Source: Leucoraja erinacea
Lineage: Eukaryota
Reading direction: 5' to 3'
Assembly (NCBI RefSeq): GCF_028641065.1
Contig: NC_073388.1
Span: forward strand, 15,128,001 to 15,192,000
Length of the DNA: 64,000 nt
Shown here: piece after piece, positions 1-13,227 of the stretch
Numbering within the stretch: position 1 is the first letter of the stretch
Layout: each line of letters starts with the position of its first letter
Notes under the pieces: generated by a model
What the model saw: only the letters and a program-made list of their open reading frames with translations
Databases searched by the model: none
Told to the model about the DNA's origin: nothing
Translations under genes and position numbers: made by a program

Positions 1-109
1 AACTAAACATAGCAGATTTAAAGTAAATACTTAGGACCTGAGATGAAAACAAAAGAGAATGCAAGTTTATAGCAGGTCAATTATAATATAAAAAAGAAGG
101 AACTGTTCG

Positions 110-410
110 AAGGATCTGCAGATGCTGGTTTACACTGAAGATCGATACAAAATGCTAGAGTAAGTCAGCGGAACAGGCAAGGATAGAAGGAATGGGTCAT
201 GTTTCGGGTCCAGACCCTTCTTCAGACTGCGAGTCAGGGGGAAGAGAGACAGAGTTAAGGAAAGGTAAAGTGTGAAAACGAGACATCAAAGGGGATGAGG
301 TTCAAGGAAATTGTAAAATAGATCATTATTAGCTAGGAGAAGGTGACAACAAAGAAAAATGAAGGGGACAGTCAGAGAAGTGGTTGGAGAACTAAGAAGG
401 GGGATGGATG
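110..410 (-). mobile_element. Penelope-like element 3' segment with degenerate minimal hammerhead motif
   Basis: Minus strand reads GTCTGAAGAAGGGTCTGGACCCGAAACATGACC (about 192-230), followed by the family tail ...CAGCATCTGCAG. A pyrimidine-rich upstream segment lies at 230-410. Confidence 0.75.
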
Positions 411-1579
411 GAGCTATTTTTCATGGCAGACCTACAGCGAAGAATTTTGGACAAAAGTGTGATGTTATTTTCTTTTTCAGATTATGATTGATCTGGGCGA
501 TAGGTCTTCCTTTCTCTGATCAATTTTACATTTCTGCTTATCATAAAATTAAATCTACTGACAAGCATGTTGCTAACATTATATTAATTGCATCCTAAGA
601 GCAGCCAACCTTGCTTAATGTGTTATATTGCAAAGGTTATATTCCCTTAATGCAGAATCCTCTTAGATTTAAACTTTAATGGAGCATGGTTTGTTTCTGG
701 GACGCAGGGTTTGGACAAGACTTTCAGCACTCATCGTCTTTTCTTTTTGCACAAGTCATCAGTTTTGGGGACTCGGAACACGAGGCTTGGTGGACTCCAG
801 ATGTAAGATGGGCCTTCAGCCAAGTAGCAATTGCTGACATAAAGAAGCCTTTGTAAAAGTCATCTGCGTGATTGACAATTTATTTTCACTTTGATAGTTT
901 GTAGCAATGTAGGTGGGCGCTGGGTAAAGCAAGCTTTGAGATCCTAGCTCGAGCCAAATTTGTGTTGGTGCTAGGAACAGATCACTCCAGTATCCCCCAA
1001 CCACATAGTGGACATTGTTACTGCTGATGCTGGCAGATCAATAGCACTTTTGTAACTGCATTAGGCTACAGTACATAGTGGATGGCAATCCATTTGGTTA
1101 ACAACAGATGTTTGACTAAATTATAATAAAGGCAGATCATAATCTATGATTTAAGATTAAAAAGGCTGTTTTTAGGAGATACTCACAAACTGTTAAAGTA
1201 CTGATGAGCATTAGAGGTGAGATATTGCTTCAGCTCTCACATAGGTCTTCTCTTTAATGTTTCCCATCTGCTGTTTGTCATCCTCTTCAATGCTCACATA
1301 AACTGCATGAGAATTTTTTAAACTAACAAATAGCATACCGCATTAAATTGTTAGTGTGTTTGTAACTTCTATCACAAGGAACCGGTGACTTGGAATTATC
1401 GTGAAATAATAAACGATTCTACTAACTAATCCCTATTTAATCAGAAAATTAATCATCTTTAAAATATTTCATATCCATATAAATAAAGTACTTTGCATTT
1501 CCTGTTTGGAATGTCATGGGAATGAACTACAAAGTGCGTAGAAAGAAAATAATTGGAAAGTGTTTTGAAAGCACTGAGC

Positions 1580-3540
1580 AAGAAAAGCTCCTGATCATTC
1601 CAATATCTCTCTTCAACTGAAATGCTTGAACTTGCAGGAACCAAGTCTCTCCTTTAAATTCTTTTGATCAACATTTGTCTCAAACCCAGCCATCTTTCCC
1701 TCTGTATATATTCACAACTCTACTGATAACCTGTACAAATGTCTTTTAATTGTTGACATTGTACCTACCTCAACCACTTCCTCTGGCAGCTCGTTCCGTA
1801 TACCCACCACCCTCTGTATGAAAATGTTGCTGCTCAGGTTCCCTCTAAATCTTTCCCTTCTCACCTTAAATTTATGCCCATTAGTTCTTGATTCCGCCTA
1901 ACCTGGAAAAAACTCTGTGCATTCATCCTATCTAATCCCCTTATGATTTTATACACCTCTATAAGATTGCCCTTCAGCCTCCCATGCTTCTAGGAAAAAA
2001 GTCCTACCCTGTCTTTCCCTTTATCTCAGGCCCTGATAACATCCTTGTAAATCTTGGCTCAGTGGCGCAGCGGTAGAATTGCAGCTTTGCACCGCCAGAG
2101 ACCCGGGTTCAATCCTGACTATGGGTGCTGTCTGTATGGAGTTTGGACGTTCTCCCTATGACCACATGGGTTATCTCTTGTTTCCACCACCATTCGAAAG
2201 TCATGCAGGTTGATAGGTTAATTGACTCTGTTAAATTGTCCCTGGTGTGTAGGATAGAACTAGTGTACGGGGGGTCACTTGTCAGTGTGGACCTGATGGA
2301 CCGAAGGGCCTGTTTCCAATGCTGTATCTCTAAAGTAAACTTATCTGCATCCCTTCCTATAGCAGGGTGACCAAAGCTGAACATAGTATTCCAAGTGCTA
2401 CTTCACCAACGTCTTGTATAACTGTAATATAACATTCCAACTACTACACATGTTCCTGACTGTTGAAGGCCAGCATGCCAAAAGCCTTCTTTATCAATCT
2501 AATGCCACTTTCAGGGAACTTCTGCTCCTATCTTCTAGATCCCTCTGCTCTGCAACACTCCCCAGGGATCCTACCATTCGTTGTGAAAACCCCATCATGG
2601 TTTGATCTCCAAAGTGTAACATCTCACACTTATCTAAATTAAACTCCAGTAGCCATTCCTTAGTTCACATGCCCAGCTGTTCAAGATCATGCTGTACTTT
2701 CTGATTTCTCATCCAAATCATTGAGGTAAATAATAAATACCAATGGGTCTGAGGCTAAAGTCTTCAGTCCAAAGCACATCCTTTCAACATCAACTCAGCT
2801 TCCTTCCATGAAGCCAATTCTGTCTCCAGACAGCTAGCTCTCCTTGCAGCCTACCATGCAGAACCTTATTAAACACCTTGCTGAAGTCCATATGGACCAT
2901 GTCTACAACCCTGACCTTGTTAAGCATCTTGGTTATTTCTTTAAAAAACACAATCATATTCATGAGACACGTTATCCAACACCATACTGATTATCCCCAA
3001 TCGACCCCAGTTGTTCCAAATGCATGCATAACTTATCCCTCAGAATCCTTTCCAGCAACTTTCCTACCACAGATGATAGGCTTACAGATTAATCGTTCCC
3101 AGGTTTTTCTTTGCATCATTTTTAACAGGAATATGAATACTTTGAACTCTCGCGTTCACACTTTTAAATGGATCCCATTTTCTGAAAGTCCCTTTGGCCA
3201 CAAACAACCTACTTCAATTAACCTTTGCAAGCTTCTGTCTAATACTGCAAAATTGGCCTTGCCCCAATTAAGAAGATTAACTTGTAGACCTGCTCTGTCT
3301 TTACCCATAACCATTTTAAAGCTAATAGAACTGTGATCGCTGGGTCCAAAAAGCTCAGCCACTGATACTTCAATCACTTGCCCTTCCCAATATCCAGAGA
3401 GCAAGTTGAGCTTTGCCCTATATCTTGTAGGGCCCTCTATATATTGCCAAATAATGATTTCTTAAACACACGTGACAAATTCCCCCTTGTCTAAGCTCTT
3501 AGTACTGTGACAGTCCCAATTGATATTGGGAAAGTTAAAA
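1580..3540 (-). mobile_element. Degenerate CR1/HER1-like LINE fragments, interrupted by an HE1 SINE
   Basis: ORF 3156-3404(-) SDHSSISFKMVMGKDRAGLQVNLLNWGKANF is the end of a CR1 APE domain. The CR1 3' region lies at 1700-2040. Confidence 0.75.
2056..2340 (+). mobile_element. HE1-type tRNA-derived V-SINE
   Basis: A box (TGGCGCAGCGG), B box (GGTTCAATCC), V-domain core (GGAGTTTGGACGTTCTCCC) and CR1-like tail GAAGGGCCTGTTTCC...TCTCTAAA. Confidence 0.9.
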
Positions 3541-3544
3541 ACCC

Positions 3545-4200
3545 AAAAGGACAAAGGACAAAGGACATTTATTGTCACATGCACCAATTGGTGCAGTAAA
3601 ATTTGAGTTACCGTGCAGCACACAAATAAGATACTCAGCACTATAGAATTTAACCAGAAAACATGAAAAACATCCCCTCCCCACAGCAGAATCAATGTTT
3701 CCCACTGTGAGGGAAGGCAACAAAGTTCAGTCCTCTTCCTCTTGTTCACCCGTGGTCGGAGCCTATAGAGGCCTCCGCAGTCGTTGCAACGGTGGTGCGA
3801 TGTTTCAGGCCCTCTCGCCGGGATGATGGAGCTCCGACGTCGGAACAGAGAACACTCTCAGCGGCCTGGAGTTCCGAAACGGCAGCTTCCATAGTCCACA
3901 GGCCGAGCTGGGCAGAGCTCCAACACTGGCGATCCACAGCGAAAGATCCCGCAGGTACGGGATACTGAGTTGGATGATCAGCCATGATCATATTGAATGG
4001 CGGTGCAGGCTCGAAGGGCCGAATGGCCTACTCCTGCACCTAATGTCTATGTTTCTATCCCAGGCCTCCGTGATGTTAAAGTCAGCACCACCCACAGCTG
4101 GAAGCTCCACAGACCACAGCTCCTCGGTGTTAAACAGCAGACCCAACGCTCCGGAGTTCCAACACGGCGATCCAGGTAAGGCATCGTCCCGCTCCGCGAT
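3545..4200 (-). mobile_element. GC-rich non-coding retroelement with Rex1-like 3' tail; a CR1 3' tail is nested at about 3952-4057 (+)
   Basis: Minus-strand end ...GTGACAATAAA(TGTCCTT)n and a CpG-rich body. The nested CR1 tail ends TCTATGTTTCT with ATCCC on both sides. Confidence 0.6.
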
Positions 4201-4929
4201 GATCATTCAGTGCTGAGAATGGAAGGCCATAAAGTGTAGGATGAGCAATATATAACAAGGAAAACTTACAATATGTAACACTGGGAAAGGAGATTACCCC
4301 CCAAGGAACTGATTTGTCCAGTTAGTTCATGTTTTAATTAAAAATAAGAATTGTCAAAAAGAAGAACAGAGATATGAACACAGCTATTCATCTCAATATT
4401 CTGCAAAATGAATAAGCATCCCCACCATCAGGATGCCTTTCAAGGACAAATGCCTCTGGCAGGATACAAATGAACAGTTTGCAAAGAACTATGATTCATT
4501 TCTCACTCTCCTTGCCCCAGTGCTGCAAACTATCCAATTTTCAGGGTGCTGTCATGACCCAAACTGGTCATGTTGGTCAGTTCACAAAAACGTTGCTGGC
4601 TATTATTTCCACGTCACACGTCACACGTCACAAAAGATAACATCAGGGAATGAGTAGATTAACGCAGAATTACATAGCTTCTTTTGCAGACTGCAATTAA
4701 ATGGTTGAGTTGGAGAATAATTGCAGAGTCTGTCCATATCTGCGTTCCAATTTTGGGTAGAAACTCAGAAATTAGAGCTTACTGTATAACAAGAGTCAAG
4801 AGTGTTTTATTGTCATATGTCCCAAACAAAACAATGAGATTTTGACTTGCAGCAGCACAACAGAATATTCTGTTCATATCACTCATTAGCATCTTCTAAT
4901 CACAACCAAAAGTGGGCCATTGTGTGCCC

Positions 4930-5135
4930 TACCTTTCTATGATCATTGATGCTGGCTTTGATTTGTCCTTTTGTTCTAATTTTATCGATGTTCCTTTTCA
5001 TATCTCTAGTATCCCTCTCCCCTGACTCTCAGTCTGAAGAAGGGTCTCGACCCGAAACATTATCTATTCCTTTTCTCTTGACCCGCTGAGTTACTCCAGT
5101 GCTGTAAATCAACATCTGCAGTTCCTTCCTGCACA
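4930..5135 (+). mobile_element. Penelope-derived hammerhead element
   Basis: CTGAAGA (5034-5040), A, GGGTCTCGACCC, GAAAC, followed by the family tail ...CATCTGCAGTTCCTTCC. Confidence 0.8.
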
Positions 5136-5219
5136 GGTAGAAATAGTACTCTGTAAACAATATAATATACGATCAAAGGTTCAGTAATATATATATTATA
5201 CCAATATGTATTTTACCGA

Positions 5220-6405
5220 TGTCAGCATGGCTTTGTGAAGGGGAGGTCTTACGACAAATTTGCTAGCTTTGAAGAAATAAATAGCAGGACAGACAACGAG
5301 AGTCAGTAGATGTTGTTTACTTCGATTTTCAGAAAGACTTTGATGAGATGCCACACATGAGGCTGCTAAGGAAGATGAGAGCCCATGGAATTAAAGGGCA
5401 GATACCAGCATGGATAGCAGATTGGCTGGATGGCAGAAGACAAAGAGTGGCAGAAGGCAAATAAAGGGGGCCCTTTCTGGTTGGCTGTCAGTGACTTGCG
5501 GGGTTCCGCAGGAGTCGGTGCTGGGGCCGCTACTATTCACATTGTATATTAATGATTTGGATGAGAGGATTGAAGGCTTTGTGGCCAAGTTTGCAGATGA
5601 AAATAGGTGGACGGGCAGGTAGTGTAGAGAAAGCAGGGACTCTACAGATTGACTTGGATAGGTTGGGAGAGTGGGCAGAGAATTGGCAGATGGAATATAG
5701 TGTAGCAAAGTGTGGAGTCATGCATTTTGTAGTAAGAATAAAGGCAGAGTGCTGGTGCAGGATACCCAAAAAGTTCATCTGCAAGTTGAATTGGTAGTAA
5801 AGAAAGCAAACTCAATGTTAGCATTTATTTCAAGAGGGCTTGTAAACGGGGATGCAATGTTGAGGCTCCATAAGGCACTGGTAAGGCTGCATTTGGAATA
5901 GTGTGAGCAATTTTGGGCAACTTTGGAAGGAAGTGCTGGCTCTGGAGATGGTCCAGAGGAGGTTTACAAGAATGATCCCAGGAATGAGTGGGTTAACCTA
6001 TGATGAGTGTTTGTCGGCACTGGTCCTGTACTCGCTGGAGTTTAGAAGAATGAGGGGATACCTCATTGAAACATACAGAATAGTGAAAGGCTTGGATAGA
6101 GTGGATGTGGAGAGGATGTTTACTAGCTGGAGAGTCTAGGACTAGAGGTCATAGCCTCAGAATTAAAGGGCGTTCTTTTCAGAAAGAGATGAGGAGAAAT
6201 TTCTTAAGTCAGAAGGTGGTGAATCTGGAATTCTTTGCCACGGAAGGCTACGGAGGCGAAGTCAGTGGATATTTTTAAGGCAGAGGTAGATTCTTAGTGT
6301 AGGAGTCAGAGGTTTTGGGGAGATGGCAGGATAAATCAGCATTGATAGAATGGCGGAGTAGACTCGATGGGCCGAATGGCCTAATTCTACTCCTATCACT
6401 TATGA
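5220..6405 (+). mobile_element. CR1-family LINE, RT to 3' end, disrupted
   Basis: GVPQESVLGPLLFTLYINDLD and KFAD motifs, then RRFTRMIPGM and RRMRGYLIETYRI, and a CR1 3' UTR. Multiple frameshifts. Confidence 0.9.
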
Positions 6406-6437
6406 TATATAATATGTGTGTATACACAAAGTTCAGT

Positions 6438-6438
<1 letters not shown>

Positions 6439-6520
<82 letters not shown>
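6439..6520. repeat. (CA)n microsatellite, about 41 units
   Basis: Perfect CA run seen directly. Confidence 0.98.
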
Positions 6521-6526
<6 letters not shown>

Positions 6527-7361
6527 ATAACATTCTATAAAATTATAATGTAATGAAAATATAATACAAATATTAATAATATTCAACAAAATTGTAAATA
6601 CACACACCTATCAGAACATCTCACACGAGACCCGAGGGTTAACACATTGGCAAAGTGCCAGATTAAAGGGAGGATTTAACTGATGGTTTCGGAGAGCAGA
6701 AGAAGGTCTCTTCTTTCTTTTTCCCCTGACGTTTCTATGGCCAAAGAAAGTGTATTGAAATCTCTGTGTGGTACAAAAATGATTGTTTCAGCTGCAAGTT
6801 TCTACTTAAAAGCCTCCCCGACATGAAGCCAGTGCTGGGATGGAAGCATACTGGGAGGGTAAACAGATAGGAAACTGTGCAAATTGGAACTGTGCTCACT
6901 TTTGCAAAACACAGTTCTCGTTTTCTTTTCATCCCTTGACTGAGATTTCTTACAAGGAAAACAAGGCTGCAATATTTTGATGTCATTCTCCATATTGGAT
7001 TTTCTTCAAGGGGGGAAAGAAGTTGTCAAATGAGAAATTAATAAAACAATTTTTTTTAAACATTTTTTGTGCATGGTATCCGGAATAAGTTCCGGACAGA
7101 AATCCCTGTGCACAATTTCATGAATTTGCCTCAGTTCAGGTTTTGGCACACGTTTGTTGCACTATGAACCTCATTGCTTTGCCAACTAATCAGCATTACC
7201 TTACTCTCAGCAGTGTGTTGCCACCCTTGTACGTGAAGGCTGCCAAGTTAGCAGCAAGTCAGCGCTATATTGAAGACAAATTGTTAGCAGCTTGGTTCTG
7301 TGGAATAGACCCAATGAAGACATCATCAAGACCAATATATTTTACTTCCAATCCCTCTTCC

Positions 7362-7616
7362 CCACAGTGACAGAGACCCTGGTTTGGTCCGGACCTTGGG
7401 TGCTCTCTTCGGGGAGTTTGCCCGTTCTCCCGGTAATTGAGTGGTTTTACCTTGCGTGCTCGCACATCCCAAAAAGGTTAACTGGCCACTATAAATTGCC
7501 TCTAGTGGGTAGGAGTGGGTTTGAAAGTGGGATAACAAAGATAATAAAGGGTTATCAAAGGTCAGCAAGGATCCGTGGGCCGAAGGACCCGTTTCCATGA
7601 CATATCTCTAAACTAA
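7362..7616 (+). mobile_element. Diverged HE1/V-SINE
   Basis: GGAGTTTGCCCGTTCTCCC core and tail GGGCCGAAGGACCCGTTTCC...TCTCTAAACTAA. Confidence 0.7.
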
Positions 7617-7619
7617 GAG

Positions 7620-8480
7620 AGAGTGAAAAGACTTATTTTCAGCTAGTTTCAAGGCCAGCAACTGCTGGTGAAAGGTGGAAATGATAAATGAACACAATAC
7701 CTGAAGAATAGGTAATGTCGAAAAATGTGAAATTGCCCAATTTGGTTCGGAAAAGTAACTAAGAAACGTATTATCTAAATGTGAAAGATTGCTGAGCTCT
7801 GAGGTGGGTATACAAGAACGTGACTCAACAGTGGCTAGTTTTCAGGTACATGTGCATTTAGGATGTTGCTGTTTATTGCAAGATAAATTGATTACAAAAT
7901 GAGGTTATGCTTCAGCTGCATAGGACATTATTGAGACCACATCTGGACTACTATGTAAAGCATAGGTCTCTTTATTTAAGGAAGGACATTGATGTATTGG
8001 AAACAACTCTGAGAAAGTTTATTAAATATGGAATGAGCTGTTATCTTGTGAGAAAGGATATGCCTGGCTAGGCTTGTAACTACTGCAATAGAAAAGATTC
8101 AGTTTGATTGTAAAAGTATAAAATCTTGTGACATCTTAACAGGAAGGATGTGGAGTGGATGTTTCCTCCTTTGTGAGTGTTTAAAATAGGGTTCACTATT
8201 TAAAAATAGTGAGTCACTTATTTAAGTAGAGGTGAAATAAGAATATTTTACCTCAGAAGGTTGTGTTTTTGGTTACATCCTCAAAGGGCAACAACAGCAG
8301 AATCTTTCAATTATTTAAGGCAGAGGTAAGCAGATTCTAGAGAGTCAAAGTGAGTGAAAAGGTACTGTGAGTAAACAGGATTGTGGAGCTGAGATTACAA
8401 TCAGATGAGCCCAGATTTTATTGGGAGATAAGTAGGTTCAAGGAACTGAGTGACTTCCATTGTGCCCAATTCATAAGTAA
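7620..8480 (+). mobile_element. Old CR1 LINE 3' part
   Basis: Degenerate GAGACCACATCTGGACTAC (RPHLEY-like) and TTTAAGGCAGAGGTA 3' motifs. Confidence 0.65.
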
Positions 8481-8490
8481 TTTTACTTTA

Positions 8491-8753
8491 AGGGCCTGTC
8501 CCACTTGGTGATTTTTTTGGTGACTGCCGGCATCATTGACTGACGTAACCGGTCGCTGAAAGTTTTTGAACATTTCAAAATCCAGCGGTGACAAAAAATG
8601 TTGCGACACTTGATGAGACACCGCGCGTCAATACGTCATCACGACACGTCACGCCACGCCGCATCACGCCGTGACTTTTTTGGTCACCTGATACGTCAGT
8701 CAAAGATGCCGACAGTGGCCGAAAAAAAAAAATCGGCAAGTGTGTCAGGGCCT
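8491..8753. mobile_element. PIF/Harbinger-type MITE
   Basis: Long imperfect TIRs AGGGCCTGTCCCACTTG.../...CAAGTGTGTCAGGGCCT, with TTA on both flanks (8488-8490, 8754-8756). Confidence 0.85.
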
Positions 8754-8756
8754 TTA

Positions 8757-9037
8757 GACTTTAGGGAAGTGCGGAAACAGCCCCTTTGCCTGAATGAGTC
8801 CGCACCAACCAGCAATCATCCCGTACACTGGCACTATCTATGGACAATTTACAGCTTTTTACCTCAGCCAGTTAACCTACAAACTTGCCTGTGTGGGAGG
8901 AAACTGGGTTACCTGAAAAACACCCACACATTGACAGAGAGAATGTACAAACTCCGTACAAACACCCCTAGTCAGGATCAAACTCGATTCTCTGGTGCTG
9001 TAAGGCAGCAACTCTACCATCGCGACACTGACCGCAC
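8757..9037 (-). mobile_element. HE1/V-SINE
   Basis: Reverse complement of the SINE head (GCTGTAAGGCAGCAACTCTACC), core and tail. Confidence 0.85.
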
Positions 9038-9979
9038 CTAAATTGTTATTCTATTTGTTACATTGAAGTTGATCCAACATTCAAGCTCGTATATTTGAAA
9101 AACTGGTTCTACAATTGGAATATTTTCTCGGAGAAGTGTGACGAACTACATATAACATATGCATTGAGCATTGAACTCATTGCACTAAACATTATTCACC
9201 TTATTCCCTTTATCATGTATCTGTACATCATCGATGGCTCGATTGTAATCATGCATTGTCTTTCTGCTGACAATAAACTACTCGCACTCAAACTCAACTT
9301 AGAAAAGTACAGAACTGGAACAAACTCTTCAGCCCACATTGTCTATGTCAAACATAATGCCAAGATAAATTAATCCCACCTGCCTACACATTATCCAGTT
9401 CCTTCCATTCTCTGAATATCCAGGTGCCTATCTAATAATATCTTAAATCCCACTATTGTATCTTCCTCCATCAACACCATTGACAACTACTTCCAGGCAT
9501 CCAGCTAATGGGACCACAACAAAATCACACCATAGATAAAATATGTTTTGGTCCATCTCACTTTTGCCAGCTCTAAATCACTGGAATTGAAACCTGATCG
9601 TACTATCCATTTCTCAACCCATCACTCTGTATTTTCTTCCACCTCAAAAAATGTATTCTCTTCGATGAGATGCAATAGTCTCTCGCCCAATCATTCCCAG
9701 TAACACTGTTCTGACTGCCCAGGGAACCAATTTGGAATTTAAATAAATTACTGATTTTCTAATTCAAAGAAATCATCTTTCCCTAACCACCCTCTAAAAG
9801 GCTACAGAACTTAGAGCAAATAAATCCTTATTTTAAATCTTTGGTTTCCTTCTGTGCTCCATTAACCAATATCTCAAGTTACAAACATTTCCTCTACCTA
9901 ATATCAACCTGATGAATCTCTGCTGTACTCTCCCCTTGATATTAATGATCTTTTTTTAATAAATATTCTAAATTAGACA

Positions 9980-10049
9980 GAAGATAGACACAAAAAGCTG
10001 GAGTACGTCAGTGGGACAGTGGCAGCATCTCTGGAGCGAAGGAATGGGT
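9980..10049 (-). mobile_element. Short Penelope-derived insertion starting at the predicted hammerhead cleavage site
   Basis: TSD (T)AAATTAGACA at 9969-9979 and 10049-10059. The minus strand starts ACCCATTCC. Confidence 0.75.
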
Positions 10050-11049
10050 AAATTAGACACTTGCATTGAAGACTAACAAGTGTGCTTTATATCTGCCGGT
10101 ATCACTTCAAAAAAAAACTAAAATGTTATTAATCTTTTCTTTGAACCTTCCCTATCTGCAGTTACAGTTTTTGGTCAAAACATATTTGAACTCCTCGATT
10201 TGTTTTGTTGATCTATATTTGTTTAGTCCCAGAATGTATTCACGTTAAATTTGTGATAAATTTTAACATTCCAAGGATGGTTAGGGAGTTAAGTAAATTA
10301 ATAGATGTCATAGAGTCATAGAATCATACAGGATGGAAACAGGCCCTTCGGCCCAACTTGCACATGTTAGGGACCAACAAGCCCTATCAACACCAATCCC
10401 ACCTGCCTGCGTTTGACCCATAGCCTTCTAAATTTATCCTATCCTCAACCTTATGCCAACTTAAAATTCAGCTCCGGCTCCCACATAAAATGCCCTAGAA
10501 AGCCTGGTACATAGTTACAATATTTAAAGAAGCTCCATTCCTCGGCCCTTGGCTGTTAACTGGTCAGATTAAGGTTCTCAGGAGTCTGGAAATCCAGCTA
10601 AGTGGTCATCTAACACTAATGCAAGTTGGATCCAGATCCAAGAGACACAGTAATTGTAGATCATTTCTTACAGTCCAAAAGGAGCAGTAGTGTATCATCC
10701 CTCCAGTAAATCTACTACCAGCCCACAGCTAATGCCTCTACAATCTGTCAAAATATGTCCAACCAAATGAGAGCTCCACTTAACCCTCAACTTTAGCTTC
10801 CCCTTTTGTTTTGAGCTCCATATACTATTTAATGAAAAAATCCAGGATCCCATATGTGCTTTTGCAATGCTGTCAAATGGTTTCCTATTTTAAGAATTAT
10901 GTATCAAGCCTTGGCTCGTGTCTGACCTTTGGTTGCTTTTACCATTCATTATGCATTTTTTTATTTCCTTCAGGACATATTCTCTCTCACTTTTAATTTA
11001 CTACTGTCCACTTCTCAAATCTATTGATATGACAACGTGTTACAGTCAC

Positions 11050-11217
11050 CAAAGGACACAAAGTGCTGGAGTAACTGCAGTTCAGAATCCCTGGAAAACA
11101 TGGATAAGTGACGTTTCGGGTAGAGACCCATCTTCTCGACCCGAAACGTCACCTATCCATGTTCTCCAGGGATACTGCCTGACCCATTGAGTTACACCAG
11201 CACACTATGTCCTTTTG
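11050..11217. mobile_element. Fold-back Penelope-derived hammerhead element; its tail resumes at about 12389-12430 after the Rex1 insertion
   Basis: GTGACGTTTCGGGT...ACCCGAAACGTCAC inverted arms. Probable TSD TTACAGTCAC (11040-11049) / TTATAGTCAC (12432-12441). Confidence 0.75.
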
Positions 11218-12388
11218 TCAGGCTCATATGTCAGGCTGTTATTCATCAATTACACAATCATCCCCTCCAAGCTCGTTACCAAACTCGCAGAACTGGGTCT
11301 CTGCGCATCCCTCTGCAATTGGATCCTCGACTTCCTCATTCACATGCCACAGTCTGTTCGTATTGGTGGAAATGTGTCAGCCTCGATAACAATCAGCACG
11401 GGAGCACCTCAAGGCTGCGTGCTCAGCCCCCTGTTGTACTCACTCTATACTCATGACTGCGTAGCGAGTCACAGTGCGAACTCCATCATCAAGATCGCTG
11501 ACGACACCACTGTTGTGGGACGTATCACTGATGGGGATGAGTCAGAGTATAGAAGAGAGATCGAGTAACTGTCCATATGGTGCCAGCGCAATAACCTTGC
11601 CCTCAACACCAGCAAAACCAAGGAAACTGATTGTGGACTTTGGAAGGAGTAGGAGGGGGTCCCACAGCCCCATTTATATCAACGGGTCGATGGTTGAAAG
11701 GGTCAAGAGCTTCAAATTCCTGGGTGTGCACATCTCTGAAGATCTTTCCTGGTCCGAGAACACTAATGCAAGTATCAAGAAAGCTCATCAGCACCTCTAC
11801 TTCCTGAGAAGATTACGGAGAGTCGGTTTGTCAAGGAGGACTCTCTCTAACTTCTACAAGTACACAGTAGAGAGCATGCTGACTGGTTGCATCGTGGCTT
11901 GGTTCGGCAATTTGAGCGCCCTGGAGAGGAAAAGACTACAAAAAGTAGGAAACACTGCCCAGTCCATCATCGGCTCCGACCTTCCTTCCATCGAGAGGAT
12001 TTATCGCAGTCGCTGCCTCAAAAAGGCTGGCAGTATCATCAAAGACCCACACCATCCGGGCCACACACTCATCTCCCCACTACCTTCAGGTAGAAGGTAC
12101 AGGAGCCTGAAGACTGCAACAACCAGGTTCAAGAATAGCTACTTCCCCACAGCCATCAGGTTATTAAACCTGGCTTGGACAAAACTCTGATTATTAATAA
12201 TCCATTATCTGTTATTTGCACTTCATCAGTTTATTTATTCATGTGTGTATATATTTATATTATGGTATATAGACACACTTATCTGTTTTGTCGTAAATGC
12301 CTACTATGTTCTGTGTGCTGAAGCAAGCAAGAATGTCATTGTCCTATACAGGGACACATGACAATAAACTCACTTGACCTTGAACTTG
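11218..12388 (+). mobile_element. Rex1/Babar-type LINE, 5'-truncated RT pseudogene
   Basis: [40 protein letters not shown]. Internal stop and frameshift near 11568-11630. 3' end GACAATAAA plus a CTTGA-like tail. Confidence 0.9.
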
Positions 12389-13141
12389 TGTATTAACCAG
12401 CATCTGCATGCAGTTCTTTATTTATGCATCTTTATAGTCACTACGCTGTTTACAGTCACTACGCTGCCCACTACGAAGACTTCAACCAATTTGATACCGT
12501 GCCCTTTTGCACAAATCAAAATCATATATGTATGTAGTATATAGCTTATATTTATATTGTTTAAAGGAGTATTTTCAGCTCACACGAGGCCATAAGAGTT
12601 TACATCTGACTATGTTACTCATCCCCCAGTCATTACTTTCTTGGCCATGGAAGGATGTTAAATTGCATCATTATTGCATTTTTTTCCCTTATGGTGCAGC
12701 AGTCAGCAAAGCCACAGCTGTGGTCTATTATTTGCACTGCTCCAAATACGAGTCCCTTTAGTAGGACACAATGTTCAGATTATAGGGCATTCATATACAA
12801 TATCTGTGTAAGTAGGCAGTTTACTGCAAGGAACTATATAACTACTCCGAGGAAGATCGCCAAATTTCCTGGTGGGTATGGTAAATGTAGCTGAAACCAA
12901 TTACGATATTTAGTCTTTCCCGATAGAAAATGGGATAGGACTAATGAATCTGATCTGTTGATTTGTTATTGGCAACTACATTCCACTGAAGTTTGTCTTT
13001 TAGACGTAGGGATGAGTTCCATGTTTCCCCTAAAACTGATGACGGTTTGTTGCTTTGGTTTTCTTTCTGGGAGCAAACGAGGAAAAGGTTTGGATTAACA
13101 GGACAAGGAATTTGGTGCTGATAGTCTAGTTCTACATTAAG

Positions 13142-13227
13142 TCTGAAGAAACCTCAACATCACCAATTCCTTCTCTCCCGAGATGCTGCCTGTCCCGCTG
13201 AGTTACTCCAGCATTTTGTGCCTATCG
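13142..13227 (+). mobile_element. Penelope-derived mini element with stem II deleted
   Basis: Starts at TCTGAAGAA. TSD ACATTAAG at 13134-13141 and 13228-13235. Confidence 0.75.

Noticed and set aside
2056-2120. tRNA-like A/B boxes here and in the other SINE heads
   Set aside because: They continue into the V-SINE core and CR1-like tail and show no complete cloverleaf, so they are SINE heads rather than tRNA genes.
6275-6607. CV/HT-repeat ORFs (also at 62195-62543)
   Set aside because: Translations of (CA)/(TG) microsatellites.
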